64,000 nucleotides of DNA, taken from the NCBI GenBank assembly GCA_008632985.1, contig QPGO01000099.1, forward strand, positions 165,679 through 229,678, written 5' to 3'. The position numbers and the translations under genes are program-made. The notes below the pieces were generated by a model. The model was not told where the DNA came from and made no database searches. It saw only the letters and a program-made list of their open reading frames with translations. How positions within the stretch are numbered: position 1 is the stretch's first letter; each line of letters begins with the position of its first letter. This stretch comes from Psammoneis japonica (lineage: Eukaryota). Positions 13,693 through 25,600 of the stretch are shown in pieces.

Positions 13693-14530
13693 ACTCATTA
13701 ACTGCTTCTTTTGTATCCTTGGAAATCGAGCATGCATGGGGGCATCTCTCGATTCCATTTCACGGTACAATACAGCTTTTATGCGCATCAAAGACTCGCC
13801 ACCATTGCACGAGTTTGTCGTGCAATTCATAAAACCCTGGGGTGCACTCGTTATATCACGTTACATTCGAATGCACCCCCAATGTAAGTAAAGTTCGTGC
13901 CTCCTCTCCATTTTCCATTGAGACTTGTTTTCTAACCTTGCTTTTTGTTTTCATTTCACAACATAGAAATACACCCTTTACCCGGTTCGACCACCCGACT
14001 TGAAACGATACGACAGACAGTCTTTGTTGAAATACTAAGGTTCAAGTAACCGTGGGTCCCGCCCCGCAACTTACGTTTTCTCAAACAAAATGTGTACCAG
14101 GCATGATTGGTCTTTCAACATATCAAGAATACCCTGTTCGTATCTGCTCGAGACCCGTGGAGGTCAATGGACCAACCCTATAACTTTCAATGTCGGACGC
14201 GGAGAAATATGAATTAGAATACGGTAGTAGTGACAAAACGGAATCGGACGTCATGGATAGCGGCTCCAATACTGTCACGCATTCCGTTGCGTCTAGTAAT
14301 AATTAGTAGGGCCGAGGTTTAACAGTGTAGTGGCACTTTAATTTTGTATTACTGTCCTATTTCGTCAGATATTGTGTGAAGCTTGCGTACGAAGTATTTC
14401 TATAAGTCGACCAAAATATTCTAGTTGTCATGAAGAATCAAGTACTACCAGAGCGCATTCGGCTATCGGAGATTTACACGAGGAATATTATCAGTCGTTC
14501 TTCCGTGTTCTCGTAGGTCCAACACGGTAG

Positions 14531-16768
14531 CTACAAGCCTTTTCGAATCATGGCCAGGGCCATGTCTTCTTGCGCCTTGACGTCTATGCTGCCACGAGCA
14601 TCCTGGTCATCGCTACTTGATGATGATGACGACGACGATTCTGAATCGCTCTCCTCGTCGCTGCTGCTGCTACTACTAGAAGACCCCTCGTCGTCACTAT
14701 GTCCGCCAAGAGTCACCATCATGGCAGTATCTTGCTGCTGCTCGTCCAATGCACCCTTTGCTTTGATTCGTTTCTGCTTGTGCATTTCCCGTACTCGCTC
14801 CTTTTCCTGTTGACGATCCTGCTTCATATTATCCTCCAACCGCTGACGCACCTTGTCGACATATGATTGATTTGCATCCGCCAACGAGTCCGGTACCTGA
14901 TGCAGAGTGTCCGTATTTTTTAAGGAAAGCATGGTAGGATCCTGTTCCTCTCCGTCGTCATCAAAGACGATTCGTTTATTCTTGATATCTGAACCTCCAT
15001 CTACCTTGATTCTCTTTGCCTTTCGAGATTTGGTAACTTCATGAATGCCACCCTCGGTTGCGTCAACATCCTCCTGGCTCCACTCGTGCCGTTGCTTTAC
15101 AACCAACAAGTCGTCCTCTTCGTTCTCCTCCACGTTTGTATTTTCCAGCGGACGTTTGTTGTTGTCGAGTTTAGCAATCTTTTTCGCCAACTTTTCCGCC
15201 TTGATTTGCTCCTTGAGCTTTTGAAGCTTGTGATTGACATTTTTGGACTTGCGCATCTCCGTTCGATCCTTGAGTTTTTGTAGAAACCGAAGGTTGGGAG
15301 TAAAGGGCAGTCCCAGAGAAGTGGCAAACTCGTCCACGGCCAAGTCCTCCAACTTGAAGATGTCCTTATTTGGCATTAAATGAATCGATCGTAGATAGGA
15401 CTGAAACGCCTTTTTCGCAAGCGACTGTAGTTTAGGATTGGACGCGACAATCGAGGCTGCACGTTGGGTAACAAGAACCGTCTTGGTGGGGTTCATGGCC
15501 AACTTTTTCAACGGCACGCGAGACTTGCTCAGCAATTCCAACATGCCGGCTTCTTCCTGTGGCGTGACACACAATAACGACTTTCCACCACGATTATACC
15601 GTGCTGTTCGTCCAACACGATGAATATACATGTCTTGGTCTTCGGGCGCATCCACTTGAACGACCCAATCGACGCTTGCAAAGTCCAACCCACGCGCCAC
15701 AACGTCTGTCGCAAACAAGACGGCGTTGGGTCGATGGACAAAGTCAAAATAAATAGAGGTTCGTTTTGTTTGTACCAGTTTGCCATGCAATGCCATGACG
15801 GGAATACCGGGTTGAAGTGCACAAAAGAGCTGCCACGCAAAGCGTACTTGGGAACACGATGCCAAGAATATAATCGATTTTGACTTGAGATGTGACTTGA
15901 TAAAGGAATACACCATGTTGAGCTTGTGCTCGAGGGGGACCACAACAACAGACTGAACCAGATTGGATGGAGTAGATGTTGACTCCTTGTCGTGTACACC
16001 AAGGTATTCGGGCTTTTTCAGCGACAACGCGGCCAAATCAGAAACTCGTTTCGTCTGCGTTGCAGAAAACAACAAAGTTTGTCGTTCGCTCGGTAGATAT
16101 TCCAAGATTTGTAGCATTTGATTCCGAAAGCCCATGTCGAGAATTCGATCTGCTTCATCCAATACTAGTATTTGCAAGTTCGAAACGTCAAAGTTTGGTG
16201 TCTGTTCCAAGTGCTGCAACAAACGTCCCGGTGTAGCCACGAGGATATTGGTGGATCCGACATGCTGTTGTTCGACATGATACTCTTTTTTGCCGCCCAC
16301 TACTAGTCCAGCCGACAATGCATGATGTTGACCCACCTTTTTTAATACTTGAAAAATCTGAACCGCAAGCTCCCGAGTCGGACTTAGAACAAGAGCACCG
16401 GGCCCGTCGGAGGGAGTGTATCTCGAGCGAAACAGTTTTTCAATAACCGGAACCAGAAACGCAAGAGTTTTTCCCGAGCCCGTTCGTGCCGCGCCCAAAA
16501 TGTCTCTCCCACACAGCGCATGAGGAATACAAGCGTTTTGTATTTCCGTCATGGTGACAAAGTTAGCTCCATCCAATCCACGCAACGTTGCTTCCGACAA
16601 GGGCAGCGCTCGAAACGAAACCTGCTGACCAAGCGGAGGAGTATACCCTCGATCAGGAGCTTCTGCAGCAATCCGCTGTTCCAGACTCTCAATCTCTTGC
16701 TCTAATTTTACAACATATCTCTCGTCGCCCTGCTTCTTTTGGGGGTAGCGGCGCTTGTACTTGGCCAT
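14531..16768 (-). CDS. DBP4: DEAD-box RNA helicase DBP4/DDX10 (18S rRNA biogenesis)
   Basis: Q motif MTEIQ, GAARTGSGKTLAFL, SPTRELA, TPGRLLQHLEQT, DEADRILDMGF, SATQT, ARGLDF and YIHRVGRTARY. The probable start is MAKYKRR. Confidence 0.92.
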   Translation of the reverse strand: MAKYKRRYPQKKQGDERYVVKLEQEIESLEQRIAAEAPDRGYTPPLGQQVSFRALPLSEATLRGLDGANFVTMTEIQNACIPHALCGRDILGAARTGSGKTLAFLVPVIEKLFRSRYTPSDGPGALVLSPTRELAVQIFQVLKKVGQHHALSAGLVVGGKKEYHVEQQHVGSTNILVATPGRLLQHLEQTPNFDVSNLQILVLDEADRILDMGFRNQMLQILEYLPSERQTLLFSATQTKRVSDLAALSLKKPEYLGVHDKESTSTPSNLVQSVVVVPLEHKLNMVYSFIKSHLKSKSIIFLASCSQVRFAWQLFCALQPGIPVMALHGKLVQTKRTSIYFDFVHRPNAVLFATDVVARGLDFASVDWVVQVDAPEDQDMYIHRVGRTARYNRGGKSLLCVTPQEEAGMLELLSKSRVPLKKLAMNPTKTVLVTQRAASIVASNPKLQSLAKKAFQSYLRSIHLMPNKDIFKLEDLAVDEFATSLGLPFTPNLRFLQKLKDRTEMRKSKNVNHKLQKLKEQIKAEKLAKKIAKLDNNKRPLENTNVEENEEDDLLVVKQRHEWSQEDVDATEGGIHEVTKSRKAKRIKVDGGSDIKNKRIVFDDDGEEQDPTMLSLKNTDTLHQVPDSLADANQSYVDKVRQRLEDNMKQDRQQEKERVREMHKQKRIKAKGALDEQQQDTAMMVTLGGHSDDEGSSSSSSSSDEESDSESSSSSSSSSDDQDARGSIDVKAQEDMALAMIRKGL

Positions 16769-17104
16769 GGTGATGTTTGTTTCTTTCGCAGAAAGAAGAA
16801 AGTGAGCGAGAAAAAAGTGAGAAAAAATGAGTGGGTTCTGCGAACAGCTCAGCACCTATTTGATTCCATCGACTAAAAATCTGCATAGTGCTCGTATCAT
16901 AGTTGTGAATCTGCGATTTAGAGTCTCTCATCTTCGATCGATAGATACCGTAGTCCCATAATTCTAGCTAGAGCAGTATTTTCGTCATTTGCTATTCTAG
17001 TGTAGTCGTCCGTGGTTGAAAGGAAAAAGAAAAAACGCAGCAACACTGCTCCTCGCGTTCCATTCGAATTGTAGTGTGCTGCTACAGATTCGAGCCGCAA
17101 AAGT

Positions 17105-18046
17105 CTATTTGAAAGCCATTTCCTCCTCCTTTTCCGTTTCGGTATCCCTCTCAACCATACTTTGCTCTACTTCATCTTGGTCAAAGACTAAATGGGCAAT
17201 ATCGTGTCCAATCACTTCAATTTCGTGAGTAATCTCTTCCAACTCGTGCTTCAACTCAATGCCAATCTCTTCTGCAGTCGTGTGCGGAAACAAGTCGTCG
17301 GGAAGAATACAATCACCCTCCATTCCAGTGACACAATATGGTTCTTCCTCTTTGAATTCCTTAGTCGACCCGGCAAGAACCGAAAGCCAAAACGTCCAAC
17401 ACAAACCGCATACCGACAGAAACGGGATTTGCAAACTCTCTTGGATAAAACTAAACTGTATAAATTGTATAGGTATCCAAAAGAGCAAGTTCCGTTGCAT
17501 GAGGGGTAAAAAGTTTTGCTTGGCTCGTTCCAGGGCGGCGTCGGCTGACAAGTTTTGTACCATGCCTGTCAATGCAAAAAACACGGGATAATAGAGAAAT
17601 GGCACAATCCCCAATTGACTAGCCAGAGTCTGTTCTGCCGCGGCTGCAAAATCAACCGGTGTTCCCGAAAAAATAGACGTAATATATTGTCCGTGACAGT
17701 GTTGTACAATGATTGGAAACGCCACGTGCTGCAGCGCTCGGTAACACATATCAAAAGCTGCAAACGATGCAGCTCGTCGCTTGTCGTAGTCGTTGGGTTC
17801 GTGCGCTTGAGCGATAGAATCTCCCGCAACCGCAAGAGTCGCTCCTGTTGCCATTTTTGTTGGCAAGGGATGAGCCGCCAATGTGTTCATGTACGCTCCT
17901 AGAATTGGAATGGCGGATGTTGTTGAAGAAGCTGCCGACAGCAATAACGAGTGATCGGGTACAATCAGTGGTGCTAAACTCGATGATCCCGGCAAAGTAC
18001 AAAGCCCGGCCAGCAGCGCTGTAAACTTTCGATAGAGACGTCTCAT
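17105..18046 (-). CDS. Mpv17/PMP22 family membrane protein with N-terminal targeting peptide
   Basis: AHPLPTKMATGATLAVAGDSIAQ...YDKRRA, QLGIVPFLYYPVFF and FWIPIQFIQF motifs. Confidence 0.85.
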   Translation of the reverse strand: MRRLYRKFTALLAGLCTLPGSSSLAPLIVPDHSLLLSAASSTTSAIPILGAYMNTLAAHPLPTKMATGATLAVAGDSIAQAHEPNDYDKRRAASFAAFDMCYRALQHVAFPIIVQHCHGQYITSIFSGTPVDFAAAAEQTLASQLGIVPFLYYPVFFALTGMVQNLSADAALERAKQNFLPLMQRNLLFWIPIQFIQFSFIQESLQIPFLSVCGLCWTFWLSVLAGSTKEFKEEEPYCVTGMEGDCILPDDLFPHTTAEEIGIELKHELEEITHEIEVIGHDIAHLVFDQDEVEQSMVERDTETEKEEEMAFK

Positions 18047-18241
18047 GGCGACTTATGGAGAAATATGTTTCGTTCAGATCAGTTTGATGTGCTTGCAAGA
18101 AAGCTTGAGGCAGTGATAGAAGAAGAAGAGAATGATCGACACTATGCTCAATGCGACTTACACGATTTTTCTTTCGCCCTGCGCTGCCTCGTCGGTGCCT
18201 GTATCTTTGCCGAAAAGTCATGTGCGACCAACCAACACGAT

Positions 18242-18670
18242 GCTGTGTATTGGTGTTCCACCAAAAAGTGCCAAGTTGCACACACACAGACAAACGTAAA
18301 AAACAATTTTTTTTTTTGTTATCACAACACCCGTCACACCACTCTCACTAACTCTCGGTGTTATTTCTCATCAACCAAGCCACGCCCAGAGACATACAGG
18401 GGCGTTTTAGAAACGTCTTTGAACGGTCCATAAGGCTATAACGCGAAAGAGCGAATCTCGTACGTACTGCTAACGAGAATTGGCGAAAATTGACGCGCAA
18501 AACGTTGTTTTGTTCGTGTGAAATCGAGAAAGGTTGTTTGTTCGTACCGAATACCTCTTTCCCCAAACGCTACCTGCCGTCTAACAATCGCCTTTTGTGT
18601 CTTAAATAACGTCCTGTACTTGGTGTCATTGAAAACGATGGGGTACAAATAATATTCAGTAACCTGCCGG
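18242..18670 (+). repeat. ~430-bp inverted repeat, left (TA-retaining) copy
   Basis: Its reverse complement aligns essentially gap-free with 29885-30312. Confidence 0.95.
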
Positions 18671-18726
18671 ACACCGTTTCAGGAGCGCCAGAATACAGTG
18701 TTATCATTTCATTCCTATTCTGAGCC

Positions 18727-20835
18727 ATGAGTGGGAGGGCTCGACAGAAAAAGCGAACGACACAGTCGCTGCGTTCGCCATTATTGTCAAGCGAAGAGAG
18801 CGAAGAGGAAAGTCCCCAAGTTTCGAGGAAGAAATCGAAAAATACCAAACAAACCCGGATCATTCTTGATGACGCAGCTTTGAAGACCGCGAAAGTTCCC
18901 GTGGTGCTCCGACTTTCCGCCATCAATGGAAAGAAGAAGGCTAAATTCAATAATGACTTCTTCTTGGACTATGTTGAACATGATGAACTTGATTGCAGCT
19001 CCAATTTCCAAGACATTGAGCTGGCAATCGACGAAGCGTTGGCCAACAAGGAAGGAAGCATGAAGTTTGAGAGGTCGGTGGACAGTTCAGGCATTGCCTT
19101 CTGTGCACATTCTGAAGAATTTGCACAGGATGAACTCAAGACTGTTCCTTTGGTAGACAAGCAAGACAAGCTACGGGCTTTGAGCAATGATGCATCCTTC
19201 GGCAATGCGCTCAACCACATTGCTTGCCAAGAACTGAGCCGCTCCCGCCGCAGGGTGGACCGATGCATTCTTGATGTTGTCGTGCACATGAAGGAAAAGA
19301 AAGTTGTAAAAGCAAAGAAGCACTCTGGTGGCAGTGGCGGCACCAACAGGAATGGTGGGAATCGGGCTCCTGCTCCCAAAGCCAAGGAGAATGTCAAGGA
19401 TTGTGACACCAAATTAATTGTCGACACACTTGGTCCAGTCGTCAAGCAACTCGACGAGAAGACTGATCAGCATGTTGCAAAGATTCACGAATCAAACTGG
19501 GACATCCTAACGACAATTGAGATCCCCCCACGAAATGCATTTGAGCAAGAACACGGACTTGATCTCGATGCTTTCACAGAAAGAGAAGACATGCATGATG
19601 ACAACGACGACAATCCGAGTTGCTGCGAAGGCATGAAGCACCACATCATTCGTCGAATGATTTTTTTTTGAAGCTCGTGAACTTGATGGGTGCAAGAATG
19701 GCACTGTTGCAGGTGCCTGCATTGGGAGCAAATCCAAACTGTTCGTGTGGATGAATGGGGCAAAATGCAAAATGACCGAGTTGAACAGGCGCACCTCAAA
19801 GGCGTGGGAGATGCTCAATCAGAAGCGCAAAAGCAAGAAAGACAAGAACATCAGAGAGTTGCCATTGGCGTTGGCATGATTGATTCCAACAAAGACGTTG
19901 CACATGACCCAGCTGGTGAGCCGCAGCATGACGACGAAGGTGTTGAAGAAAATGATGCGAGTGAGTTGAGTTCTCCACAGAAGATGGCACCAAAGAATGG
20001 AAGCAGCAAACAATCTAGAGCTGCTTCACAATCGCTGTGCATGGAAGCCAAAACCTTTGCAGAAAAGCTCACAGGAACACCGTGCTCTGATCTTTACGAC
20101 GCTTTCACAGAAGAGGCATTCAATTGCTTCCAGAGTGCCATTGCGTCAGATCCAGAATGCCGCAAGCCAGATCCAGCATGGGCGACATGGCAGCTGGATG
20201 AGAATGACATGGGAACATGGCCTTCAGTGAGTGATTTTGATTTCATCGCCAAAGAGAAATTCATCAAGCGCAACAACGGCAAGCGACCTGAAAAGAGTGC
20301 GCACCCCAGAGTGGATGGCAAGCGTCCGAGCAAAGACGGCTCCTCTGATCTCACACCAGAAGTCCGGGCGACTCTTGAGTGGGGTCGTCAGTCTGAAACC
20401 CGCACAATCAGCGGCAACGCCAATGAAGAGTTCGTCATGCCCGGAACAGCAGTGTTCAAGTTCACTCGGGGTGATGAGAGTGGGGCTGGCGAACCAACCG
20501 CAACCATGAAAGATGCAAATGAGACGATGAAGAGTCTCCGGAAACGCTGCACCCAAGATCGTACCCACAAAGTGTTCTGCATCTCTCAATCAGATCTTGA
20601 CAGATTGAAGGCAAAGGAAATGGAGTGGCAAGTCACCATTGGTCCTGACGATGAGTGGGTCGCCTTGCACTCTGCCGTTAAGACTCTGACGACGAAAGAC
20701 ATTTTGGAGGCACTGCAAACAAAGCAGAGGCAGAGGAATCCAATGAAACTCAAGTTTGATCTGGTGAAGACACACCAGGATGAGGAAGGGGCTGTCCTTT
20801 GCGACAGTGACTGGCAGTGGTGTAAAATGGGGTGA
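18727..20835 (+). pseudogene. Degenerate TE-associated ORF of unknown function, frame break at the T-run near 19661-19669
   Basis: Consecutive 314- and 381-aa ORFs just inside the left IR, nearly Tyr-free, convergent with the DD34E transposase. Confidence 0.55.
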
Positions 20836-20899
20836 TGGGATGAGAGTGGGACAATGTTTGCTGTAGAGTGGCAGCAGTGGAAGTTGCAGTTGCATCTGC

Positions 20900-21790
20900 T
20901 CTTTTCTGCATTTGTGCCAGAGGCGGCGCCTTTTGCTCGCCGCCGCCAAGACGATCATCCGCCTCTGCTTCCTCTTGCGCATGATGAGATGTTGTCCCAG
21001 CTGTTGCAAGTCATCTTCCTTCTCCTCAAGAGAGGCAACCGAAGGAAAATGTTCACAGCCTGGAACACGGGAATGGCGACAAAATGAACGAGCCATTGCA
21101 GGAGCGACACTGTCAAGAGCATCAAGGTGATGCTCGAACCACCGGGTGCTCCCATGTCGCTTCAAGTGCGCCTTGCAGCGACCAAACATCATTTCAATCG
21201 GATTTAGATCAGGGCTGCATGGTGCAGCACAGATGATTGCAGCCCCCATGGCTTCAATCATGTTGATGGTGCAATCAGAATGGTGTGTCGACGCATTGTC
21301 CAGCACCACGATGGACCTCGGCTCACCCTCACTGCAGCTGCCGAGGCATGGAACGAGTTTCTCTTCTGCCCACAATTCAAATCGTTCCTGATCCACAGCT
21401 CCAATGAGGGGATCCCTCTCTTCATCTCCTGAGTTGCCTCGCTGAACAATGTCACACGCTTCCTTCATAAAGCCGTTGATGTCACAGGCAGCAAGCAATG
21501 AGTGCCGAACGCGTTTGTCAATCTCGAAGGACGTTGACCGAACAGGAGTTTCACCCCTTTTTGACCACCAACGCCTCTTTCGTGCTGCACTTCGATCCTT
21601 GTGAGACTCGTCCAAGAATGTCAGCATGTCGGGTTCATGAGCCGCGGCTTGCAAAGCGTTGGGGTGCCTCGCCCTTTCTTCCTCGTCCATTTCGATCGCC
21701 TTGTCGGTTGCGACTTGAAGTGAGTGCCCCACGTCCTTTCTGAGTTTCTCCCATGTCTGACTTGGACTCCACTTTTTATTGGTTCCTCCT
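20900..21790 (-). mobile_element. IS630/Tc1/mariner-type DD34E transposase, catalytic part, mutated
   Basis: FLDES...VVLDNASTH-(34 aa)-APCSPDLNPIE. The family consensus is PYSPDLNPIE. Upstream in frame is KKWSPSQTWEKLRKDVGHSLQV. Confidence 0.9.
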
Positions 21791-22008
21791 TTATGGCAGG
21801 AACTCTGGACACGAAGTGAGGAGGTGTGGAACCCGGGCTGGTTTGGATTGCCATGCGTGCGAGCATCAAATTTTAGAGCTTTGATCTTTGCTTGCCACCA
21901 ATCATTTTTTAAAAAATTCGCACGCTTAAATGATGGGTTCGCAATTAATTAATGTGCGACGTAATTCTACATTTATGTTTTAACATTGTGTCAAAAAATG
22001 GCGATTTA

Positions 22009-22398
22009 GACGCGTTCCAAGTCTAGGTGGGACCTCGCACTACTGAACTGTGACATCGACAGTTTTTTGAATCACGTCGTATGTCGCGCACGTAGATTTC
22101 TACGTGATTTTTTTGATATTTTGTGTCATTTTACGGTACACTTATTGAGCGATCCGTCCAACAACTTTTGACATTTTTTGTTACAGCGCGATTCTATAAT
22201 GTCTTAAGAATCGCGTAGGGCAGGTGCATTTGCAAAAACGTCGAGTGGTAAGAGGCATAATTGTACCACAAACTTGGCCGTTTATTTGATGTTGAAGATA
22301 AATATATCCATTAATTAAATTCTCGTACTACGGAGCTCGCACGTAGAATTCTACGGGCCCAATGTCACACGGAGTCCCACCTAGGGCTGGAACGCGTC
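22009..22398 (+). mobile_element. 390-bp MITE, ~25-bp TIR (GACGCGTTCCA..CTAGGTGGGAC), 4-bp TSD TTTA
   Basis: ttta|gacgcgttcc ... ggaacgcgtc|ttta. It is a near-identical inverted copy of 27474-27863. Confidence 0.92.
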
Positions 22399-22698
22399 TT
22401 TAATTCTTGCATTCGTGCATGGACACATTATAAGAAGAGACGTGGGTTTCCCCTTTTTTGATGATTCTGGTGTGATTGTTCTATGGTGGATGACAAGAGA
22501 ACTGTCCTGACGTTGTGCATCACTGGTTGCTGAGTGTGTCTGTCATTGCAATGATGCACTGACATCGATTTGTTAGATTGGACCCTTTGTTTTCTGTTGG
22601 TTGTTGCCGGGCACGCCTGCAAGCCCGCGTGCAAAGCTTGGAACATTTTCCAAAATGCAGAAACAATTCCCATGTGCAGCACCAAAATGTTCTGTGTG

Positions 22699-25600
22699 TC
22701 AATTGGACTGCAAAATGTCATCATGCTGTTCATTGGTGAAGCACGTGACACTTTTTCCTTCCATCAACCGGAGCAGGGCGTCACACCCGTCCGGCAGTCT
22801 GCACAGACTTAAGTCTCTCTTCAGCGGTTGCCGAAGACACAGACCATTTCTGGTCTCAACCCTGGAGAGCATGACACATGCCCAGTTTTGTGTGTGGCTC
22901 CAGCCACGCACAAACACATTGTCGACACCGCTTCCTTGAAGCTTGTGTCCTGCAGTCGCGTTGTTTGTTGTGAATGGCAATTGGGTTGCTTTCAGTCCGA
23001 GCACATGTTTCTCTTTTTCCTCAGCTGTCATCTGTTGGGTTGGGTCCTTTAAACAGGCTTTGAAAGTGGAAGACTCAGGCTTGAGCGAAAAGGTGGGTGG
23101 ATCGATGCTTTTGTTGCTGTGCTTGAGTTCTGCATGATCCACCTGGGATGCTGTGACACCTCGAATGGATGTTCCACAGTCCAAGACCACTTGCGATGAA
23201 TGTTCTCCTGGTTTCAGCACGACTTTTGCCACAGTTGCTTGTGTTCCGTTCGCAACACCATTTGCCACATTTTCATTGCACGGGATCATGACTCTACATC
23301 CCTTGTGTGTTCGTAATGCTGGATCAAGCCTGCCAGATTGCATTTCCACATCGCTCTCTCCACAGTTTTTCCAGAATGTTTTGTACACCGGGAAAGGCCT
23401 GTGCTGTCTTGCTCCGTCACGCACTTGTAAATCGTCACTGAAAATGGCTGGAGAGTCCAAGACTTCTCCATCTCTTTGGTGCAGTCTCTTGGTCCTTTCC
23501 TCAAACAAGGCTGTGTTGATGGAGTCTCTTTCTTTGTTTCTGTGTGATGCATGTTCAATGTTCTCTGGCAGTTGTTGACCCTTTCTCACTGCTCTTTCAT
23601 TGATTTTGTCGATGTCTTCGAGAGTCGCTTCGCCATCTCTAAATCGTTTTAGCAAACTGCCCCATTCTGGATCCTCACTGAATCTGTGCATCCCATGCAA
23701 CTGGATGTGGCAGTTCACCCATTCCTGGAATTCGGCACAGGTCTCCTTGCACAGAGGGTGCATTCCGTGTCCAACTGGCTCGAGTTGTCTCAGGTCCCCT
23801 GCAAACACCACATTTGCACCCCCACAAGGCCTGTCTAAATTGGATTTCACGACAGATGGATTAGCATGTAATTTTTCTAAATCTCTTCTGCAAGCAAATG
23901 ACATTTCGTCGACAATCAGCAGACGAGTGTCACTCCAGCTTTCCATTTGTGTTTCTGTTGTTTCTTTTTTCCTGTTTAGATGGGCAACTCTGTGAATGGT
24001 GTCTCCTTTCAGAATTGTCGCTGCAACTCCGGTCATGGCAGTGACGGCAATTGTTTTTGCAGTGAATGGTCGTTCAATTGAAGAGCAACATTCTCTTGCG
24101 CACAAAACAACAAGATCGACAACAGTGGATTTGCCACTTCCTCCTGCTCCATGCAAGAAACAAATTAACTGTGTGCCTCTTTGTTCTCGCACTTCAACCA
24201 ACTTGGCCAATCTCCTGCACTCTTTGTTAAATTCGTGTCCAATTCCTCCTCTTACATCACCACTTGCTTGTTCTCCCAGAGCGTCTTTGCAGTGCGTCAA
24301 AATGAAAGTTCCTGCCATGACTTCAAAAGCACGACTTTGATGTGGGTCTAGCTTGGCTTTTTTTGACCAATCAACTGAGCTTTTGGCTGAGCCGTTAGCT
24401 TCAAGGACATCAACGGCTTCTTCCGAATTAGTTGTGTCTTGGAAAGATCGTCGAATGCGTCCAGTCTTGGTCAGTGATGCTCAAACTGCATCTCGTTTCC
24501 CAATTTGAGGCACAGGTTCTTCATCTGCTTGCATGCTGTTTTCATTGTCTTCTTCATTAACCTCAATTTCTGGTGGCTCCATTGTTTCTACGACAGGGAC
24601 CGAATTGATGACAGTGTTTTGATCTGAAGAAGTCATGCACATGCATGCCAAGTGCTGACATCCTGCAAGGTGACTTCCCTTCTGTCTGGTTTGTTTGCCA
24701 CTTAAATTCGTGGGTGCGGCTGCTTCATCATTTGCTTCCATCCCGTCTTTGTGTTCATGGTTCACCAATTCATCTAGAAGAGCATCAAGCATTTGTCCTT
24801 GCAAAGCCGTTCCGATGTCGTCTTCGGTGTCGCTTTCGCACCTTGTGCTAAATTCATTGTCGTCCGATGCATGCTCGCGGGCAGTGCGTTTAAGAAAATC
24901 TGATGTGCTTTTTAATCGCAGACAATTAGATTTTGCATCTTGCAGATTTTGCAAGAATTTCAGATTTTCTTCAGTGACGATTTCTCTCTCCACCGCTTGA
25001 CGGAATGANNNNNNNNNNNNNNNNNNNNNNNNNNNNNNNNNNNNNNNNNNNNNNNNNNNNNNNNNNNNNNNNNNNNNNNNNNNNNNNNNNNNNNNNNNNN
25101 NNNNNNNNNNNNNNNNNNNNNNNNNNNNNNNNNNNNNNNNNNNNNNNNNNNNNNNNNNNNNNNNNNNNNNNNNNNNNNNNNNNNNNNNNNNNNNNNNNNN
25201 NNNNNNNNNNNNNNNNNNNNNNNNNNNNNNNNNNNNNNNNNNNNNNNNNNNNNNNNNNNNNNNNNNNNNNNNNNNNNNNNNNNNNNNNNNNNNNNNNNNN
25301 NNNNNNNNNNNNNNNNNNNNNNNNNNNNNNNNNNNNNNNNNNNNNNNNNNNNNNNNNNNNNNNNNNNNNNNNNNNNNNNNNNNNNNNNNNNNNNNNNNNN
25401 NNNNNNNNNNNNNNNNNNNNNNNNNNNNNNNNNNNNNNNNNNNNNNNNNNNNNNNNNNNNNNNNNNNNNNNNNNNNNNNNNNNNNNNNNNNNNNNNNNNN
25501 NNNNNNNNNNNNNNNNNNNNNNNNNNNNNNNNNNNNNNNNNNNNNNNNNATGACGTTGGTTTTGTCATGAGCATGAGCACTCCAGAGCAATCTTCTTACA

